This document shows positions 48,345 through 58,101 of a DNA stretch of 64,000 nt, one piece after another (the first letter of the stretch is position 1; each line of letters starts with the position of its first letter). The notes below the pieces were generated by a model. That model ran no database searches, had not been told where the DNA came from, and was given only the letters and a program-made list of their open reading frames with translations. The position numbers were made by a program, and so were the translations under genes. Origin of the DNA: Spirochaetales bacterium (GTDB taxonomy: Bacteria > Spirochaetota > Spirochaetia > SZUA-6 > JAFGRV01); contig JAFGHO010000057.1 in assembly GCA_016930085.1 (NCBI GenBank), positions 3,233 to 67,232 of the forward strand. Reading direction: 5' to 3'.

Positions 48345-49559
48345 TCAGATGGTACGCATCGTGATCGCCGGTTCGGTACGCGCGGCCTTTATTGCCGGAA
48401 AGACCGATACGATGAAAGCCGTTCCAATAACCGTGATTGCCGGAAGGAAAAACGACTGGATGGTAAGCTCCGATTTCATTGACTCGATATACATCCCCCC
48501 CCATTCGAGCGGCCGGCTGAGCGGTATCCCGTGCTGTGAGAGAAGGGCATTGACCACGAATCCGATTACAGCACCCATCAGTATGCTCGCCAATGATAAA
48601 AGAAGTGTTTCGCTTATCACCATCCTGACTATTTGCATAGGCCGGGTCCCCAATGCCCGGAGGACGCCGTATTCCTTCTGCCGTTCCAGCACCGCCATGA
48701 GTATGGTATTCAGCACGGTAATGGCGACAACCAGTATAATAACCATGAGCATGATATACATGCCGCCTTTATCAGCCTGCATCGCACGGTAGAACTCTTG
48801 TGCAAATACCTGCCAGGGGACCACTTCCAGGTCGGGGTCGTTGAGTCTCGCTTTTATTGTTTTCACGGTGTCGTCGACCCTGCCGAGGCTGGAAACGGTA
48901 ATGACGATTTCGTGCACGCCGCCGCCGAGCACGAAGAGGTCCTGCGCCGCCCCGAGCGTCAGATAGATGGAACTTCTGTCGGCGGCCGGATCTCCCGTAT
49001 CGATGATTCCGGCTACCTCATACCGGTCGTTGGCGATGGAGCCGTCTGCGGCCTGGGAAACGATCACAACGGAATCAAGCGGTTTTGTTTCGAGTATGCC
49101 GGCAAGGGTGGTACCGAGCAGGACGTCCTTCGGGTTTTCACCGAAGTACCTGCCGTCCTTCACTTTCCGGACCATGTTCGTGGTTTCGTTTTCCGTTTTC
49201 GGCTCCACACCGATTATTCTCACCCCCGTACTTTTGTCCCCAGATGAAAGGAGGCCGTATGAATAGATTCGCGCGGTATGGGAATCGACATCTTCGATCT
49301 CATCGAGTACCTCGTCGATGCGGCCGGTCTCTTCGATTGACGTATAGATATCCGGTTTGTCGAGGTAGCCGTTTCTGTGAATCTGGATGTGCCCGAGTTC
49401 GTTTCCGGTAAAATTATCGATGATGGAATTGTATGTCCCGTCGGCCCAGCCGATTGAAATACAGGCGAGGACATATCCGACAAACATACTCAAACCGGTA
49501 AAAACGGTACGTTTTTTTTGTCTGAACAGGTTTCGGAACGCGACTTTCATCGATATCAT
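48345..49559 (-). CDS. FtsX-family ABC transporter permease (second copy)
   Basis: Same architecture as its paralogous neighbour. 404 aa. Confidence 0.8.
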   Translation of the reverse strand: MISMKVAFRNLFRQKKRTVFTGLSMFVGYVLACISIGWADGTYNSIIDNFTGNELGHIQIHRNGYLDKPDIYTSIEETGRIDEVLDEIEDVDSHTARIYSYGLLSSGDKSTGVRIIGVEPKTENETTNMVRKVKDGRYFGENPKDVLLGTTLAGILETKPLDSVVIVSQAADGSIANDRYEVAGIIDTGDPAADRSSIYLTLGAAQDLFVLGGGVHEIVITVSSLGRVDDTVKTIKARLNDPDLEVVPWQVFAQEFYRAMQADKGGMYIMLMVIILVVAITVLNTILMAVLERQKEYGVLRALGTRPMQIVRMVISETLLLSLASILMGAVIGFVVNALLSQHGIPLSRPLEWGGMYIESMKSELTIQSFFLPAITVIGTAFIVSVFPAIKAARTEPAITMRTI

Positions 49560-49596
49560 GTTTTCTTCCTTATATAACCATTCATTGAAATATCGG

Positions 49597-50379
49597 TCAA
49601 AATTTTCTTAAATTCCGCAATGTGAAAAACGAATCCGGAACCGCTTGTTCGAAATCGAGTTCAAGATACTCGAGCACCGTGCTGTTTTCTTTTTCACCGG
49701 TGGGGATCAGTTCGATGACGGAGGGGATTTCCCGCCCGTTGAACGTTTTAATGTCCCGGTAATACATGGTCCTCATCAGTTCGTCATTCTCCGAATAGAA
49801 TCGCTGCCATTTCGGGATCAGCGAGCCGGGTATAACCGCCATGACGACATACTCCCAGACGATCGGCCTCCCTTCCCTGGGCGTACATTTGATATAGAGC
49901 GTATTTTCGTCCCCGTCGTCGACCTCAGTGTATTCAAAACGATAATCCTTGACAAAGGTGAACTCACTGACAAGGTCGTTGTTGTTGAAATCTGATCCCA
50001 TCCATGAACTCATCATCATCGAAGGCGGTATTTTTATCACCTTGTTGGTTTTCGGAAGATAATTCCACATTTCGTTTTCGATCCGCAATGTGCCGACACC
50101 GCGTTCCTTTTCCGGCTCGAGAATACGGATCAGGGTTTTTTCAGTGCCTTTTGTCCACACCCTCATCCGCAACGACCTCTTCCAGTGGGGGTTGGTGATG
50201 TTCATCAGCAAAACGCCGTAACTGGAGTCCGCCCTGTACAGATCGTCGATACGTTTGACGACATCGTCAATCGGGGGCCGCTTTTGCGCGGCGAGGGGGA
50301 CGGCGCTTACAACTGCGAGTAGTAAACACAATCCGAATAAACATCCCGTACGACGCAATAAATGTCCATGATGGTTCAC
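49597..50379 (-). CDS. outer-membrane lipoprotein-sorting (LolA-like) periplasmic protein
   Basis: Signal peptide CLFGLCLLLAVVSAVPLAAQ. The WMGSDFNNNDL block matches the family G-S-D-F motif. Probable GTG start at 50379 with SD AAAGGA 9 nt upstream. The ORF extends in frame to an ATG at 50520. Confidence 0.6.
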   Translation of the reverse strand: MNHHGHLLRRTGCLFGLCLLLAVVSAVPLAAQKRPPIDDVVKRIDDLYRADSSYGVLLMNITNPHWKRSLRMRVWTKGTEKTLIRILEPEKERGVGTLRIENEMWNYLPKTNKVIKIPPSMMMSSWMGSDFNNNDLVSEFTFVKDYRFEYTEVDDGDENTLYIKCTPREGRPIVWEYVVMAVIPGSLIPKWQRFYSENDELMRTMYYRDIKTFNGREIPSVIELIPTGEKENSTVLEYLELDFEQAVPDSFFTLRNLRKF

Positions 50380-50607
50380 GATATGTATTCCTTTCACGCT
50401 AAAAGAATAAAAAAAAAATCGGGCAAACGTAATGACCTGATCATACAAATTATTGATCTTTTTCCCTCTCGCACTCAAACGACATGCCTTTATAAAGACT
50501 TTTTCGACGATTTTTGACAATATAGTGAAAAAAAAACGTGTATTGCCGACAATGGAATGGTAGAGGTATAACGGTATTCATGAAACAGAAAGAAGAGGAA
50601 AAGGATC

Positions 50608-51066
50608 ATGCAAAAACGTTACGGTTCGATACTTGATCAGAACAATATATTGTTTTTTTACAAGCATACCTGCGGGGAGGTTCAGCACATGAGGCGGCAG
50701 CAATGGGCGATTACCTGTTACTGCCTCGCACTCAATATACTCCTTCTCGGTGTTTTTATGATGCTTGAAAACAGGAATCCCATGTTCTACGAGCCGGCGG
50801 TGCTTGTGATCCTGTCGGTTTGTATTACCATCATCGGTATCATATATCTTTTTTTGACACAGAACGAAATCATAAAATTCAATTTGCGATTAAGAAGGAT
50901 TCATAAAAACCTGCCTGACGACAAATATCTGATTCTCGAGAAACCGTCGATGAAATTTACCACATTCAGTTATCACGTTTTTACCGTCATCGTTCCGTTT
51001 ATCGTTATCATCATCGTATCGACGGTGATCGTCTCGTATATCATTTTGAAAAACATCTTTATCTGA
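50608..51066 (+). CDS. hypothetical small membrane protein
   Basis: 152 aa with three predicted TM helices. No recognisable domain. Confidence 0.4.
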   Translation: MQKRYGSILDQNNILFFYKHTCGEVQHMRRQQWAITCYCLALNILLLGVFMMLENRNPMFYEPAVLVILSVCITIIGIIYLFLTQNEIIKFNLRLRRIHKNLPDDKYLILEKPSMKFTTFSYHVFTVIVPFIVIIIVSTVIVSYIILKNIFI

Positions 51067-51148
51067 GGATCGTTGAAAGACCGTTGGAAACCGACCTCCG
51101 GTAAAGCGGCATTGTCGGTTCCTTTCGAAACACGGACTGCGTGAGCCG

Positions 51149-52360
51149 TTAACAGGGAAGCGGAACGGCCGCTTTATAGAGAAGCGCGTTCCCCGAAATC
51201 TCATACCGCCGAAGCCGGGCCGGAATCAGGATCGATCTCCCGCGTCTCATCGGTATCTCCCGCTCGTCATCGCTTCCGCGAACAGAGGCGTTCCCTTCCG
51301 TGCAGATGATGATTTCAATGCTTCGATCGGCCGGGCTTCTGTAGGGTCTTCCGGGGGTGACCGCACACGATGAAAGCAGAAACTCTTCGGCTGGGGTGGC
51401 GTAGCGTTTTTCATGATTGCGATTCTGGCGGGGACGGAGGATGGAAACGGGATGCTCCCTGAAATCGATGATGTTACACAACTCCGGTATATCGATATGT
51501 TTGGGGGTAAGCCCCCCGCGGAGGACATTATCGGAGTTGGCCATCAGTTCGATGCCGACGCCGTTCAGATACGAATGTAGCCGGCACGCCGGCAGAAACA
51601 TCGCTTCGCCCGGTTTAAGGTTGACGAGATTGAGAAGCAATACGGCAAAGATACCGGTATCGGAAGGATATTCCCTGAAAATATCGCATATCCATCTGCA
51701 CGACGGTGAATTGTCCGCGTTCGCGCGGGCGAATGCATGGACCGCCTCGATTGCCTCCCTCTTTTCATCGTCTCCCATGGTCATGATCGAACGGAAAAAG
51801 GCTTTCAGGCCGGACTCCTCCCGTCCGCATTCGATGAGGTCGAGCCGACTCATGAGGGCGGCGCTTCCTGTTTTTCGAATGGTGTCCGTGATGTCATGTA
51901 TCGGTCTGAACCCGTTCAAAGCCCAGAAGGGGGTGAGTGCGCAGATAATTTCCGGTTTATGATTTTTATCACGATACACGCGATACGGGGCGTCAAGGGG
52001 GATTCCCTTTTCGTTTTCTCGCCTGAACCCTTCTTCAGCCTGCACTCGATCCGGATGTGCCTGAATCGAAAGGGGCTTTTCCGAAGCAAGCACCTTGAAG
52101 AGAAACGGAAGCTTTTTATCGAATCTCTGTACAACATATTCGCCGAGTATTCCTTCCGGGTCCGATTCGATAACATCGATAAGCGAAACCTCGCCGTTAT
52201 CCTGCGTCACCTTCGAAGGCCCGCGCGGGTGCGCTCCCATCCACAGTTCGGCTTCGGGGCGGGGTGAAGGGATATTCCTGCCTAAAAGCATTGAAATATA
52301 ACTGCGGCTTCCCCATGCGTATTCCTGTATCGTGTTGTGAAGCACAAATATATCGGCCAT
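51149..52360 (-). CDS. manA: mannose-6-phosphate isomerase, class I
   Basis: N-terminal YAWGS...ELWMGAHP block and type-I PMI length (403 aa). Confidence 0.85.
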   Translation of the reverse strand: MADIFVLHNTIQEYAWGSRSYISMLLGRNIPSPRPEAELWMGAHPRGPSKVTQDNGEVSLIDVIESDPEGILGEYVVQRFDKKLPFLFKVLASEKPLSIQAHPDRVQAEEGFRRENEKGIPLDAPYRVYRDKNHKPEIICALTPFWALNGFRPIHDITDTIRKTGSAALMSRLDLIECGREESGLKAFFRSIMTMGDDEKREAIEAVHAFARANADNSPSCRWICDIFREYPSDTGIFAVLLLNLVNLKPGEAMFLPACRLHSYLNGVGIELMANSDNVLRGGLTPKHIDIPELCNIIDFREHPVSILRPRQNRNHEKRYATPAEEFLLSSCAVTPGRPYRSPADRSIEIIICTEGNASVRGSDDEREIPMRRGRSILIPARLRRYEISGNALLYKAAVPLPC

Positions 52361-52428
52361 ATTTTTTCTTTATCGTGATACTAATGCTTTTTCGTCATTG
52401 TTTCCAAAAGACCGGCAGCCCGTGTTGT

Positions 52429-53859
52429 TTACGCACCGCCGCTTTCAAAATCGATATCGGTCTCCCCGCCATCCATGAAATCTTCGATTCCTTTTGTTTC
52501 GCTTTCGATCCTGTTGATGATCAATTCGACCTTTTCGCCGTATTTTTCCTTATTCTGTTTTTTCGCGTCATTGAGATAAACGATCGCGTTTTCGTAATTG
52601 TTGTCCGCGTACGCGTTGACACCGAGTGCGTAATAGGTGAGCGCCTTATCGGATCCGAGTTCGAGGGCCTCCAGATAGTATTCTTCCGCCTTGTAATAAT
52701 CCTTTTGCGTGTAGGCGATGAGTCCAAGGTAGTAATAGGGAAAATAATGTGACGGTTTGAGATCGATCGCTTTCACGAAACGCTCGCTTGCGGCTTCGAG
52801 GTTGTTTTCCGTATACAGATCGAGTCCTTCGGTCACGAGGTCGTTGAAGGTTTTTAGCGAATCGAAATAGCTACGAAAGTGCTCGTTGAAGGTATCAAGG
52901 GCGATCCATTTGAAGATCCTGTTTTTTATATTGACCGAGTTTTCTTTCAATGTGAGGGAAGGGTCGAGCAGATTGAGGGAATCCCAGAAAAGACGGTTGT
53001 AGTTTTTATTATCAGTGTTGAGAAGGAAATAGACAAGTCCCCATGCCTGCGGATAAAAGACATCGATCTTTGAGACGACCTCTTCCTTGTCGATCAAAAG
53101 AAGATCCGAAAGGGGAAGCAGTTTCCTGCCGCTATCTCCGCCTTCTCCCTTCATAAGAGATTTGAGTGTCTCCAGCCAGAGAAGGCTTTTATTGAGGGTA
53201 AAGGTGCCTGAAGCTGAAGGGGCGGCCGATTTCTCGGAAGCTGAGGATTCGGCCGATTCTTCATCATCGGAAGCTGGTACGGTTTCTTCTCCGGATTCGT
53301 CTTCAGCCTCCGTTACGCTTTCTTCCCCGGCGTCCTCATCCGTTTCGACGGTCTTTGAAACCGCGGCTTTTTCAGACATGGAATAGGTCGAGGTTTCAAT
53401 GTAGGCGGCGACGCCTTCACTGATCCAGTACGGGACGGAAGGGACAAATGACTTGAGGCACTGGATAAGCCCCTGATGAAGCAGAGAAACGGTGAAATCC
53501 TTCACATCGTCTTTTTTAAAACCGACGAGTTCGCATTTTCGGATATCGCTGTAATGGATATAGACAAAATCATCCCGGCTTTCTCCGAGTAGTTTTTCCA
53601 GATAACGGTCAAAACCGGCTTTGTCCTTGTAGATGGTAATTCTGAAAGAAGCCTGCAAGGCGGAGAGGTCAAAATGAAAGATACTGTTGTACAATTTTAA
53701 TGCCGCTTCCATCATGTAAGCGACCTCTTGCGCATACGCTTCACCGACATCGGAATAGACCCGGTAATGATCGCTTTTGGCCTGAAAGAGTTTCTGTGTC
53801 TGGCCGAATACCGAGAGTGTCACGCATATGAGAAGAAATGCCGTAAGGAGTCGTTTCAT
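52429..53859 (-). CDS. secreted TPR-repeat protein with acidic low-complexity segment
   Basis: Signal peptide MKRLLTAFLLICVTLSVFGQ. Central acidic run EDESGEETVPASDDEESAESS. C-terminal TPR-like helices (YYYLGLIAYTQKDYYKAEEYYLEALEL). Confidence 0.6.
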   Translation of the reverse strand: MKRLLTAFLLICVTLSVFGQTQKLFQAKSDHYRVYSDVGEAYAQEVAYMMEAALKLYNSIFHFDLSALQASFRITIYKDKAGFDRYLEKLLGESRDDFVYIHYSDIRKCELVGFKKDDVKDFTVSLLHQGLIQCLKSFVPSVPYWISEGVAAYIETSTYSMSEKAAVSKTVETDEDAGEESVTEAEDESGEETVPASDDEESAESSASEKSAAPSASGTFTLNKSLLWLETLKSLMKGEGGDSGRKLLPLSDLLLIDKEEVVSKIDVFYPQAWGLVYFLLNTDNKNYNRLFWDSLNLLDPSLTLKENSVNIKNRIFKWIALDTFNEHFRSYFDSLKTFNDLVTEGLDLYTENNLEAASERFVKAIDLKPSHYFPYYYLGLIAYTQKDYYKAEEYYLEALELGSDKALTYYALGVNAYADNNYENAIVYLNDAKKQNKEKYGEKVELIINRIESETKGIEDFMDGGETDIDFESGGA

Positions 53860-54007
53860 GGTTCCTCCTGCTACTTAATATCTTAATAAAGGAATGCGCG
53901 ATCTGTCAAATTTATTTCGCACGAAAAGAGCTTGTACGGCAATCGCACGGCAGATTGCAGAACAGCCTCGCTTACCTATCCCTATTTTTATCTTCGGCAC
54001 AATTTCG

Positions 54008-54910
54008 TTAAGTAATAGTACCAATTATTATATTTACTTCCTTTAATGTGATCCCCGTGTATTTTTCGATGTTTTTGATAATGTAGGTCTGAAGGTCATG
54101 GACGACGTGCGGAAGCTCCATGCCGTACGGTACTTTTATGATGATTTTCAGAATATAACCGTTTACCTGCCGTACGAGGATGATTTTGTTCACCTTGAGT
54201 CTGGTATCGAACTCGTCGATACAGTGTAATATCATCTGTGAAAGCGCGGCTTCGGAAATGGAAAGTTTCCCCCGCTTGCTGTATTCCGGCGTGACAATCG
54301 ATTTTTCAAAAATTTTCTTTTTTTGCCCGAGCCGGAATTTCCTTTTAAAAAAAATTTTTATCGAATCGAAAAAAATATGTGAATAATTCATCTGGACTTC
54401 GATACCCGGAACGGGAATGATATGTTTGCCTTCATGCTCCCGTGATTTTCTTGCAACTTCTATCTCTTCTTCCGATGCGATATCCTCGATATTGACGATT
54501 CTTGAAATATGAGGAAGACGGAGTTTTCGCGCAATCTTTTCCACCATTCTTTTTGACGTCCCGATGATGAGTATTTTCTTGAAGTTCGACGTTTCAAGCG
54601 CGTCTTTTATTTCCTTGAGTTGTTCGGGGTCATCGAATAATGCCGTTCGTATCGCCCCCAGTGGGCTTTTCGCTTTTTTAGCCGATTTTCCGCAGACGAT
54701 CTTGTTTTCTTTTATTAAGAGTCCGTCATCGATGATGAGTTCGATTTTGTATTTGTCCGCAATGAGTTGTGCCCTGAAGCTTTTACCGGTGCCGGCCTTT
54801 CCGACAAGGGCGAACACCTGTCTTTTTTTAAGCCGCCACACGATATAATTGGCAAGCCGGTTTATCACACCTTTTTCGTTTTTGTCGTTCATAGAAAGAC
54901 AAATATACAA
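54008..54910 (-). CDS. P-loop NTPase fused to an Asp23/Gls24-like C-terminal domain (hypothetical)
   Basis: Walker A VFALVGKAGTGKS near the N-terminus. The C-terminal roughly 90 aa (ISEAALSQMILHCIDEF...KVNKIILV...KVPYGMELPHVVHDLQTYIIKNIEKYTGITLKEVNIIIG) follows the Asp23 family pattern. Confidence 0.45.
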   Translation of the reverse strand: MYICLSMNDKNEKGVINRLANYIVWRLKKRQVFALVGKAGTGKSFRAQLIADKYKIELIIDDGLLIKENKIVCGKSAKKAKSPLGAIRTALFDDPEQLKEIKDALETSNFKKILIIGTSKRMVEKIARKLRLPHISRIVNIEDIASEEEIEVARKSREHEGKHIIPVPGIEVQMNYSHIFFDSIKIFFKRKFRLGQKKKIFEKSIVTPEYSKRGKLSISEAALSQMILHCIDEFDTRLKVNKIILVRQVNGYILKIIIKVPYGMELPHVVHDLQTYIIKNIEKYTGITLKEVNIIIGTIT

Positions 54911-55401
54911 TATTCCCGCGGATTCATCAAATAGCGGCAGGAATTTTGTGAATATATTTAAAAAAAATGGGATGATTCGCTTCTGCGGGGTACAATCGAA
55001 GCGGAGAAATATCGGGGTTCCGGGACAATCGTTAATAACGGTACCGTCTGCCGTTCGCGGGGTGCGGAATTGCGTCCGGAGCGGGGTAAAAAAGGATGGC
55101 GCGGAATATCAGTGATTACAATGATGGACTATAAGTAAAAATATCATAAAAAAATAGGTGAAAATGCTGATGTAAATAAACTCATTATGTGTTATTATTT
55201 CATTGGAAAAGGATGATCGATTTTTTACAGAATCACGACCCATACCCGGCCTTCTGAGGGAACGTCCCTGAAGAAGGTACATGTATGTAAAAGGAGAAAA
55301 GAGAATTCCCTGAAAGAGAGGGATGAAAGAAGAAAAACAGATGTATCCCTGACGGTTTATTAAAAAAGTGAAAAAAAAGAAAACAACGAAGGGAGAAATA
55401 A

Positions 55402-55746
55402 ATGTTTTATGACAAAAAAAGGATGGGTGTTATCCTGTTCCTGACGCTTTCGCTTGTCACCATCCCGGCATTCACCTGCAGTTCCGATTTCTCGGAAGCA
55501 TTACAACAGTCAGTTTATGTTTACGATGCCGATAAATACGGTCCCGGTGTTACCGGAGGACTGGTTGAATGGCTCAGCGGCCGCCATACGGAAGGCGAGT
55601 TCCGGGACGGTTTTCACGACGCGGGCGATCGTGTGACGTTCGGCCTTCTCCTGTCACGGCATTCCCCTGATAAAGGGTTTTCGTATAATGATAATGGCCT
55701 CCCTGAAATATGGGCGGCATTATGCCATAATTGTGAATGGCAATAA
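55402..55746 (+). pseudogene. N-terminal remnant of a GH9 endoglucanase (signal peptide + first roughly 90 aa up to the DAGD motif)
   Basis: Signal peptide present. SEALQQSVYVYDA...GG...DGFHDAGDRVTFGL parallels the GH9 N-terminal block YHDAGDHVKFNLPMAF of the full-length GH9 that starts 66 nt downstream. The 114 aa is too short for a functional GH9. Confidence 0.4.
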
Positions 55747-55812
55747 TACTTATAAGCAGTTGTCTGCCCGAAAGGGCATAGGAAGATATAGTAAATTGAA
55801 AGGAGTAATGGT

Positions 55813-57825
55813 ATGATTAACAAGAAAATGATATTATTATTGGTTGTCGTTTTATGTACGGCGTCACTTGGTTTCTCACAGATGTCGGAGGCGATTAATT
55901 TTTTCTCCTATAACATTTGCGGAACCGGACAGACCGTTTCATGGAGGGGGAGTTGTCATACCTCAGATAATCCCTCGGGCGGGTATCACGATGCCGGAGA
56001 TCACGTCAAGTTCAATTTGCCGATGGCGTTTTCGGCGGCGATGATGTCATGGGCGGCATACGAATACGGCGCTTCCGGCGTCTCGACGCCGGTAAGCAGA
56101 ATATTGTCGTACCTGCGGAGTTGCGGTACGAGCGGGTCGATAAAATACCAGGTCGGTGATCCCGGGGCGGATCACGGCTACTGGGGCCCCCCTGAAGACC
56201 AGACCGGCACGCGACCGACGTCGACGGGAAGCAAGGTCTCCTGTGTCGCGGGAGGGACCGCGGCCGCTTTTGCTATCGCTTCGGTCGCCGGGGTAAGCGG
56301 CGGAGATATGAATACGGCAAAAACCCTTTATTCGATGGCCGAAAATTCGAAAAGCGACGACGATTATACGGCGGCGAACGGGTTTTACCAGTCGCACAGC
56401 GGTTTTTATGACGAACTTGTCTGGGCAGCTATCTGGATTTATCTCGGGACAAAGGATACCACGTATCTCGCAAAAGCGGAACAATACTTCGAGGAATTGA
56501 ACGACGACTATCAATGGACCTACTGCTGGGACGACTGCAGGTACGGGGCGGTCCTCAAACTAGCACAGATCACCCAGAAAGAGGTATATATCGAGTGGAT
56601 AGAACGGCACCTCGACTGGTGGAATGACGGCGGAATCAATATGACCGGAGCGGGACTTCCCTGGCTCGATTCATGGGGGTGTCTGCGATACGCGTCCGCC
56701 GCGGGATTCCTCCTGAAACTGTGGGCCGACTCCCCTGTCAGTACCGACAGCAAACGATCCGGTTACCGGGCAATGGCAAGCAAAATACTCAGTTATATAA
56801 AGGGAAGCAATCCCGCCGGGAGAAGCTATATCATCGGGGTGGGCAGTAATTATCCGAGGTGCCCACACCACCGTGCGGCTTGCCCTTCCAAAACGTGTCC
56901 GTGTGAATACACCCTGACCGGTGGGCTTGTCGGTGGCCCCGATCAAAGTGACCAGTATCAGGACAGCATCGACCAGTACCAGTATTCGGAGGTCGCCCTC
57001 GACTACAATGCCTGTCTTGTCGCCCTGATCGCGTGCCAGAGCGGCGGAAGTCCTCCGCAATACGAACCGACATCGCCGCCGACACCGACGCCGACGCCGG
57101 GACCAACCGCCCAGCCCGGGACGGGAAACGGGTTGAAAGGCGAATATTATTCGGGAACCGGTTTCGGCACTCTCGTCATGACACGGACGGACGCGACGAT
57201 CAATTTCAACTGGGGGGGCGATTCGCCCGGTGCCGATATACCGTCGGACGGATTTTCCGTGCGCTGGACGGGAGAGATCGAACCCGTGTATACCGATACC
57301 TACACATTTTATGAAAACTCCGATGACGGCGGCCGGGTGTACATCAACAACCAGGCTGTTATCGACAGGTGGGAGGATCACGCTGCCGAGGAATATTCGG
57401 GGACGATAAGCCTGAATGCCGGGCAGAGGTACAGTGTGAGGGTCGAGTACTATGAAAACTCGGGAGATGCGACGATGCAGTTCTCCTGGTCGAGCACGTG
57501 GCAGGAAAAGGAAATCGTTCCGCAGAGCAGGCTCTATTCGGAAAGCACGGAACCGACACCGGGGCCGACAGACCCCCCGACCAATCCGCCCGTGACAAAT
57601 CCGCCAAACCAATGTGAAACGATGGGTGATGTCAATGGCGACGGCACGGCGAATATTGTCGACGCCCTCGAGGTCGCGCAATACTATGTCGGTGTCATAT
57701 TGGATTTTTCCGATGCCACAGCGCGCGCCTGCGCGGATGTGAATTGCAGCGGAACCATAGACATCGTCGATGCCCTTCTCATTGCCCAGTATTACGTCGG
57801 TCTTATTACGGACCTGGACTGCTGA
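55813..57825 (+). CDS. GH9 endoglucanase with PA14 domain and C-terminal type-I dockerin
   Basis: Signal peptide. GH9 motifs GGYHDAGDHVKFNLPMAF and the catalytic region. Pro/Thr linker PTSPPTPTPTPGP. PA14 (GLKGEYYSGTGF...SVRWTGEI...YVNN). Dockerin duplicated Ca-binding segments DVNGDGTANIVDAL and DVNCSGTIDIVDAL. Confidence 0.85.
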   Translation: MINKKMILLLVVVLCTASLGFSQMSEAINFFSYNICGTGQTVSWRGSCHTSDNPSGGYHDAGDHVKFNLPMAFSAAMMSWAAYEYGASGVSTPVSRILSYLRSCGTSGSIKYQVGDPGADHGYWGPPEDQTGTRPTSTGSKVSCVAGGTAAAFAIASVAGVSGGDMNTAKTLYSMAENSKSDDDYTAANGFYQSHSGFYDELVWAAIWIYLGTKDTTYLAKAEQYFEELNDDYQWTYCWDDCRYGAVLKLAQITQKEVYIEWIERHLDWWNDGGINMTGAGLPWLDSWGCLRYASAAGFLLKLWADSPVSTDSKRSGYRAMASKILSYIKGSNPAGRSYIIGVGSNYPRCPHHRAACPSKTCPCEYTLTGGLVGGPDQSDQYQDSIDQYQYSEVALDYNACLVALIACQSGGSPPQYEPTSPPTPTPTPGPTAQPGTGNGLKGEYYSGTGFGTLVMTRTDATINFNWGGDSPGADIPSDGFSVRWTGEIEPVYTDTYTFYENSDDGGRVYINNQAVIDRWEDHAAEEYSGTISLNAGQRYSVRVEYYENSGDATMQFSWSSTWQEKEIVPQSRLYSESTEPTPGPTDPPTNPPVTNPPNQCETMGDVNGDGTANIVDALEVAQYYVGVILDFSDATARACADVNCSGTIDIVDALLIAQYYVGLITDLDC

Positions 57826-57853
57826 TACGTATTTGTTCGACGCGGCCATCCCC

Positions 57854-57889
57854 TGTCTCGAGGGGGATGGCCTTTTTTTCGCTTGCTTG
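57854..57889 (+). terminator. rho-independent terminator after the GH9 gene
   Basis: Perfect 10-bp stem GGCCATCCCC / GGGGATGGCC with a 9-nt loop, followed by TTTTTTT. It lies 29 nt after the stop codon. Confidence 0.65.
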
Positions 57890-58101
57890 TAATACTCACC
57901 GATATATGCTGCATACGATATCAGGAGCGTGAGGTGATCGGATCCCGGCTGAAATCGAATAATGTACGGAAGGCACGACATGGGCGCCGCGCATAATTTT
58001 TCATTCAGAATTCGGCAACCACTTACCGATGATCAAAAAAGTCACTTATGATTTAATTAAGTCATGTATGACAATTCTGGTATTTTGAAAGGAGACCTGT
58101 C

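Noticed and set aside
49597-50520. Upstream ATG start (50520) for the LolA-like gene
   Set aside because: Using it would put 47 residues of non-hydrophobic sequence before the signal peptide. An in-frame GTG at 50379 with an AAAGGA SD 9 nt upstream gives a normal signal peptide, so the shorter form is preferred.
55402-55746. Treating the 114-aa GH9-like ORF as a functional small CAZyme or CBM
   Set aside because: It contains only the first roughly 90 residues of the GH9 catalytic fold and lacks all catalytic acid residues. It is more parsimoniously a remnant.
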